Shown in pieces: positions 58,742-64,000 of a stretch of DNA of 64,000 nucleotides. The translations under genes were made by a program, and so were the position numbers. Origin of the DNA: Akkermansiaceae bacterium (lineage in GTDB: Bacteria > Verrucomicrobiota > Verrucomicrobiia > Verrucomicrobiales > Akkermansiaceae); the NCBI GenBank assembly GCA_051251915.1, contig JBPOGF010000001.1, positions 64,001 to 128,000 of the forward strand, written 5' to 3'. Numbering within the stretch: position 1 is the stretch's first letter; each line of letters begins with the position of its first letter. The notes beneath the pieces are model-generated. The model had not been told where the DNA came from. It searched no databases and saw only the letters and a list, made by a program, of their open reading frames with translations.

Positions 58742-60586
58742 TTATTTTTCTGGGGTTGCTGGGGCGGTGTTGTGGATGTCTTCGAAGTATTGTTTAACGG
58801 ATTGTTTCATTTCTTCTGGGACATCATCTCTTTCGATGAATGAGCTCATTTGGTGTTCGAAATCTCGTTTTTTGACGGTGCCTTGTCTGGAGGAGGAGCC
58901 GGTGCCGGAGTCTGCATCTTCGATGGAGCTTTGGGATGGGCCGATGCCTTTTTGTCCTTTGAGTTTGGAGTATTGCTGATTGTTCTCTAGCTTGTCCTTG
59001 TCTTTTCTTCTGGAGTTATCTGAGCCGGTGCCTGGTTGTTTGCCGCCTTTGCCACGCATTTGAAATTGGGATTGGTTCTTTTGGCCGTTGGCGTATCCTT
59101 GGGCGAGTCCTAGACCTTGCTTGAGTCCTTGGAGTCTGCCGCGCATTGATTTCATGGCTTGCATACGGAGGAGCATGTTTTTGAGGGCTTCCAAGTCGCC
59201 GTCCATGTTGCGGAGTTGCTCGAGGAATTCTTCCCATTCTTCTTCGGTCATTGGTTCGCCTTGCATCATTTCTAGCTCCATTTCTTCCATCATTTCTTGG
59301 AGTTCTTGGGCGTTATTTTCTAGGAGTTCTAGGAGCTGCTCTAGAAGCTCGGGTGGGATTTGACCTAGCATGTCTTGTGGGAGCTGGTCTAGGAGTTCCA
59401 TGGGGAGATTGTTGAGGAGTTCTTCGGGTAAGTTTCTGAGGTCTTCTAGGTTGAGTTCTTCAGGGAGCTTGGTGATTCCGTGCTGTTCTAGCAGTTCGGC
59501 GAATTGTTGCATGCTCATGGAGGAGGAGCTGCTATCGCTTGAGTTGCCTTGGGACTGGGCTTTGTTTTGTCTTGCTGCTTGGTTGAGGCGTTTGGTGAGT
59601 TGGCGGAGTTTTGCGAGTTGTTTTTGCTTTTCGTTGAGGGCTTTTTTCTTGTCGGGTTTTTTGGCGTCGGCTTTGAGTTTGGCTAGTTTTTTTTGGTCTA
59701 GTTCTTTGGCTTTATTTTTATTGTCGTCTTTGCGGAGTTTGAATTCTTCGAGTTTTTGGGCTGCTTTTTTGAAGTCTTTGTTTTCTAGGTGCTTGCCCAT
59801 TTCTTTGGCGGCTGCGTCTTGGGCTTTGAGCATTTGGATTCCGGCATTTTTGAGGAGTTCTTCGTTTTTGCGGTTTTGTAGGGAGTCGATGGATTTCTGG
59901 ATTTTCTGTTCGATTCTTGCGATGTTGCGGAGGGCTTCGCGTTTGTTGTCGGTCATCTTGAGCTCTTTGACCCATTGGCGGATGGCGTCTGGATCGATGG
60001 CTTCTTTTTCTTCATCGGAGAGGCTCTTGATCATGTTTTCGACCTCTTCTTCGACGGACTTCTTGATTTCTTCGGTGCGCTGAGCGGTGGTGGCTTTTTC
60101 TTGGATTTCCTGGAGGACCTTTTGTGATGGGGGGATGAATGCGATGCTGACTGCTGCGATGACTCCGAGGGCAGCGATAGAGGTAAGTTTTTTAGAAATG
60201 GGGAGGGGGATGGATTTTGGTGATAGGTTGACGATGGTTGCGGCGGCTTGTTTTCTCTGGAGTTCGTAGATCTGGCCTTCTTGGTGATGTTCCTCGAATT
60301 CGATGGCTGAGGTGAGTGAGTCTTTGAGGTGGAAGAACTGGTCTGCGTAGGCTGACGACTGGAGTGCGTTTTTCTTTTTGGTGAACCAAATGGTGAGTGC
60401 GTAAATGACTGCGATAGAGGCTGCTATGGGGTATACTAGGGCGGCGGATACTGCATGGCCGCGGAAGATGTAAGTGAGGCCCCAGATGAGAGAGATGGCT
60501 GCGGCGATAATTAGACTGATGAGTAATGCTTTGAGGGCTATTCCTGTGTTTAGTCTAGATTTTATGGCAGCGATGAAGTCTTTCAT
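58742..60586 (-). CDS. Membrane-anchored coiled-coil protein heading the MoxR operon (start MKDFIAA)
   Basis: Three N-terminal TMs, ADQFFHLKDSLTSAIEF, a long K/Q/E helical region, a G-rich tail and terminal VPEEMKQSVKQYF. Confidence 0.8.
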   Translation of the reverse strand: MKDFIAAIKSRLNTGIALKALLISLIIAAAISLIWGLTYIFRGHAVSAALVYPIAASIAVIYALTIWFTKKKNALQSSAYADQFFHLKDSLTSAIEFEEHHQEGQIYELQRKQAAATIVNLSPKSIPLPISKKLTSIAALGVIAAVSIAFIPPSQKVLQEIQEKATTAQRTEEIKKSVEEEVENMIKSLSDEEKEAIDPDAIRQWVKELKMTDNKREALRNIARIEQKIQKSIDSLQNRKNEELLKNAGIQMLKAQDAAAKEMGKHLENKDFKKAAQKLEEFKLRKDDNKNKAKELDQKKLAKLKADAKKPDKKKALNEKQKQLAKLRQLTKRLNQAARQNKAQSQGNSSDSSSSSMSMQQFAELLEQHGITKLPEELNLEDLRNLPEELLNNLPMELLDQLPQDMLGQIPPELLEQLLELLENNAQELQEMMEEMELEMMQGEPMTEEEWEEFLEQLRNMDGDLEALKNMLLRMQAMKSMRGRLQGLKQGLGLAQGYANGQKNQSQFQMRGKGGKQPGTGSDNSRRKDKDKLENNQQYSKLKGQKGIGPSQSSIEDADSGTGSSSRQGTVKKRDFEHQMSSFIERDDVPEEMKQSVKQYFEDIHNTAPATPEK

Positions 60587-60789
60587 AAGTTTAGTGGGCT
60601 GTGGGAATACTCGTAGGTAGATCAAAGAAAACGACTGTATTGAGACACTACATACAATGCATAAAGTTAATAAGTTGTTTTGCCAAAGAAAAACTTCAGA
60701 ACTTAATGATTCGGTAAATTGTGGAGCTATTTTTGTGTGGTTCAAACCACGTCTTGACAGTGACTGTTCTCTAAAGAAGTATTCAGCCG

Positions 60790-62793
60790 ATGGCAGAAGG
60801 ATTCTCATTTTCTAGTTTAAACGAAGCACAGAAGGACGCGGTGAACTCGCTCGATGGGCCAGTATTGATCTTGGCAGGAGCGGGGACTGGGAAGACGCGG
60901 ACAGTGACTTGTAGGATTTCAAACATGCTTACTCAGGGTATACTTCCTAGCCAAATTCTGGCGGTGACATTTACCAATAAGAGTGCGGTGGAGATGAAGG
61001 AGAGGGTGAGTGGTATGGTGGATAAGAAGGCGGCGAAGGAGCTGACAGTGTGTACGTTTCACTCGTTGTGTGTGCGGATTCTGCGTGAGGGGATTGAGAA
61101 GTTGGGGTATAAGAAGAATTTTACGATTTATGCGGGGAGTGATCAGGTGGGCTTGATGAAGCAATTGATTGTGCGCAAGGGGGGGAAGGATTTGAACCTT
61201 GATGCGATGCAGGTGCTGAGCATGATTTCTAAAAATAAGAATGATGGTTTGGAGCCGGATGACCATGCGGATGAAATGGTGTCGATTATTGCGAAGGCTT
61301 ATACGGATGAGCTGCGGACACAGAATGCGGTTGATTTTGATGATTTGCTGGTGTTGGCGGAGAAGTTATTGCGGATGCATAGTGATGTGCGGGATGTGCT
61401 GCGGGATAAATATAGGTATGTGACGGTGGATGAGTTTCAGGATACCAATGGTTTGCAGATGAAGCTGGTGCAGCAGTTGGTGGGTGCTCCGTATAATATC
61501 TGTGTGGTGGGTGATGATGATCAGAGTATTTATGGTTGGCGTGGGGCGGATGTGACGAACATTTTGCAGTTTGAGAAGTTCTTTCCTAATCCGAAGGTGA
61601 TTCTTTTGGAGGTGAATTATCGTAGTAGTGCGGCGGTATTGCATACGGCAAACTCGCTGATTAAGAATAATATTGGTCGGCGCGAGAAGGAGCTAAAACC
61701 ATTTCATGCAGGTGGGAAGCATTTGAGGCTGATCAGTATGCCGGGGGATGAAGAGGAGGCCGAATTTATCGCGGAAGAGGTATTGGAGAGGTGTCGGAAT
61801 GGGAAGAAGCCTTGGGAGGATTTTGCTGTGCTGTTCAGGACAAATCAGCAGAGCAGGAATTTGGAGGCAGCGATGCGGACGTATGATATTCCTTACCGGG
61901 TGGTGGGGGCGCAAAGTTTCTTTGATAAGAAGGAGGTGCGTGATGTGCTTGCCTATTTGCAGATGTTTTATAATCCGATGAGTGATGTTCCGCTTCTGAG
62001 GGTGATAGGTGCGCCGCCGCGTGGGATAGGGCAGGGGTCAGTGTTGCTGATGACGGAGGCTAGCAGGGAGCAGGAGTGTAGCGTGTGGGAGGTGATGCAT
62101 AAGGAGGAGGTGTTGGAGCAACTGAGCGCGAAGGTGCGCAATTCAGTGAAGGAATTCACTGAGATAGTGACTGAGACGCGTGATGAGATGCTGGATGCTC
62201 GGAGCAAGGAAAACATGGGTGATGTGCTGAAGGGATTCTTGGAGAAAATCAATTATCATGAATGGATGATACGTGGTTGTAAGACGGATGCTGAGAAGGA
62301 GAAGCGCGCTGAGGGGATTCATGATGTGGTGGATTACCTGCGGGATTCATCGCGTCAGGGTAAGACGTTGCAGCAGTTTTTGGATAGAATGGCGCTTCAG
62401 GAGAATAAGAATGATGATGATATTGAGAAGCAGAAGGGTGTGTGTTTGATCACGCTTCATGCTTCGAAGGGATTGGAATTTCCTATTGTGTATTTGGTGG
62501 GATTAGAGAATGGGATTTTGCCGCATAAGCGGAGTCAGGAGGAGGGGACGATAGATGAAGAGCGGCGGTTGCTGTATGTGGGGATTACCCGTGCCCAGGA
62601 TGAGTTGACGATGACATATTGCAACTACCGAAGCAAATATGGTGAGCGTGTCCATTGTGAGACAAGTTCATTTATGAAGGAGCTGGATTTTACATTTATT
62701 GATGAGTCTGATTATGAGGATATCATGGGTGCGGAGGCTACTGAGGAGGAGCAGGAGAGCTTTTTCTCTAGTTTGAAGGATATGTTAGAGTAG
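60790..62793 (+). CDS. SF1A DNA helicase, UvrD/Rep/PcrA family
   Basis: LNEAQ, LAGAGTGKT, VDEFQDTN, VGDDDQSIYGWRGA, NYRS, TLHASKGLEF and EERRLLYVGITRA. Confidence 0.96.
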   Translation: MAEGFSFSSLNEAQKDAVNSLDGPVLILAGAGTGKTRTVTCRISNMLTQGILPSQILAVTFTNKSAVEMKERVSGMVDKKAAKELTVCTFHSLCVRILREGIEKLGYKKNFTIYAGSDQVGLMKQLIVRKGGKDLNLDAMQVLSMISKNKNDGLEPDDHADEMVSIIAKAYTDELRTQNAVDFDDLLVLAEKLLRMHSDVRDVLRDKYRYVTVDEFQDTNGLQMKLVQQLVGAPYNICVVGDDDQSIYGWRGADVTNILQFEKFFPNPKVILLEVNYRSSAAVLHTANSLIKNNIGRREKELKPFHAGGKHLRLISMPGDEEEAEFIAEEVLERCRNGKKPWEDFAVLFRTNQQSRNLEAAMRTYDIPYRVVGAQSFFDKKEVRDVLAYLQMFYNPMSDVPLLRVIGAPPRGIGQGSVLLMTEASREQECSVWEVMHKEEVLEQLSAKVRNSVKEFTEIVTETRDEMLDARSKENMGDVLKGFLEKINYHEWMIRGCKTDAEKEKRAEGIHDVVDYLRDSSRQGKTLQQFLDRMALQENKNDDDIEKQKGVCLITLHASKGLEFPIVYLVGLENGILPHKRSQEEGTIDEERRLLYVGITRAQDELTMTYCNYRSKYGERVHCETSSFMKELDFTFIDESDYEDIMGAEATEEEQESFFSSLKDMLE

Positions 62794-62969
62794 CTGGTAT
62801 TGATGTGGATTATTTACAAGTTCATCATGCTTGTTGTGCAGTCTCTAGACTGTAATGTAGCTCTGAAATATGAATTGATTGGAGCTCATTGTATTTACAG
62901 GAAAATATTTATATTGCAGGGTTTTTAATTTGCTACTGGTGTGGCTATATATAGGAACAGGTTATTAAT

Positions 62970-64000
62970 ATGAAGAGGTTGCATCAATTAAGAATATTCA
63001 AATTCATCTTGGCGGCATGCCTACTGTTTGCCACTAGTATTTCCATTTATGCTGCTGGGGCAGAGGGTTTAAAACCTGTCGTATTGCAGCTGAAGTGGAG
63101 TCATCAGTTTCAGTTTGCTGGCTACTACATGGCGAAGGAGCTGGGTTACTACAAGGATGAAGGGTTTGATGTTGAGATAAGAGCTGGAGGACCTACCTTA
63201 GATGTTACCGAGGAGGTAGTTTCTGGTAGAGCTGATTTTGGTGTGGGGACTAGTAGTTTATTACTGGATTATGCAGAAAGTAAGCCTGTCGTAGTGTTGG
63301 GTGTGATTTACCAGCATTCGCCGATCGTGCTTATCATGTCAAATGACAAACCCTCAGATACAATAGAGAAAATTTCCAATTCGAAAGTGATGCTCGAAGC
63401 TCATTCTGGGGACCTTATAGCGATGATGAGGCGAGCTGGGCTAACTATAGATGATTTAAATATTACTGAACGCCCCAATGATGCTCTTAGCCAGCTAGAG
63501 TATAGTGATGAAACGGTTGCCATATCAGCATACCAAACTGATGAGCCATATACTTTGTTAAAAAAGGGAGTCTCGTTTAGCACATTCACCCCACAAACTT
63601 ATGGCATTGATTTTTATGGAGATAATTTTTTCACTTCTAAGTCACTAGTGGAGGAAGATCGTGAAACAGCAATGGGTTTCCGTAGGGCGTCGCTACGAGG
63701 ATGGGAGGAAGCAATGAAAAATCCTGAGAAAGCTGTTGATCTTATTTTAAAGCATTATCCAGCCATTAACAATAGGGAGAAGCTGATGTATGAGGCTCGT
63801 GTTACTCAGGATCTGATGACTAATTTAGTTAAGCCTGGACACATGAATCAGGAGCGATGGAACCATGTGAAAAATACATATATAGAGGTAGGGATGCTGA
63901 ATAAAGACCTAGATATGGATGGATTCATTTTTGTGGAAGATGAAGACTTCCTACCAGAATGGTTCTGGACAGCATTGATGATAACAGGAGCGATTATCAC
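62970..64000 (+). CDS. NMT1/THI5-like periplasmic-binding domain protein, probably a membrane sensor; runs off the window
   Basis: My translation from ATG 62970: MKRLHQLRIFKFILAACLLFATSISIYAAG...LQLKWSHQFQFAGYYMAKELGYY...YGIDFYGDNFF..., ending in WFWTALMITGAII (start of a TM helix); absent from the ORF track. Confidence 0.85.
   Translation, partial: MKRLHQLRIFKFILAACLLFATSISIYAAGAEGLKPVVLQLKWSHQFQFAGYYMAKELGYYKDEGFDVEIRAGGPTLDVTEEVVSGRADFGVGTSSLLLDYAESKPVVVLGVIYQHSPIVLIMSNDKPSDTIEKISNSKVMLEAHSGDLIAMMRRAGLTIDDLNITERPNDALSQLEYSDETVAISAYQTDEPYTLLKKGVSFSTFTPQTYGIDFYGDNFFTSKSLVEEDRETAMGFRRASLRGWEEAMKNPEKAVDLILKHYPAINNREKLMYEARVTQDLMTNLVKPGHMNQERWNHVKNTYIEVGMLNKDLDMDGFIFVEDEDFLPEWFWTALMITGAII

Noticed and set aside
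60670..60686. TTGGCAAAACAACTTAT on the minus strand upstream of the MoxR operon as a sigma-54 site
   Set aside because: No GC at the -12 position
1..64000. CRISPR arrays, tRNA/rRNA genes, IS elements, prophage or known defence systems
   Set aside because: No repeat-spacer pattern, cloverleaf, transposase, integrase or nuclease motifs were seen; a manual read could miss degenerate cases

Overview
A gene-dense bacterial chromosome segment with about 47 CDSs. Gene content points to a Verrucomicrobiota (PVC) genome, which is an inference. No rRNA, tRNA, CRISPR array, transposase or prophage was seen. Housekeeping genes include smc (3' part), ctaA, folD, lysA, lpdA, a type II glutamine synthetase with a sigma-54 promoter, typA, dxs, xseB, a stand-alone Zn-free rpsN and a UvrD/Rep helicase. 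They are interspersed with a partial hydroxyproline-catabolism cluster, a sulfatase, two-component genes and uncharacterised envelope proteins. The best candidates for new biology are: (1) a 1398-aa doubly membrane-anchored coiled-coil protein followed directly by an intact HDAC-fold gene that has lost most catalytic and metal-binding residues; (2) a five-gene MoxR/DUF58/BatA-VWA/VWA-GATase-like operon converging on a 3001-aa exported TPR/helical-solenoid protein; (3) an orphan plus-strand structured RNA with its own terminator between two minus-strand genes; (4) a beta-propeller protein fused to a caa3-like cytochrome c downstream of heme A synthase; (5) repeated promoter-like motifs only 6-9 nt before start codons, suggesting leaderless mRNAs. 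All calls come from reading motifs by eye; no database search was run.
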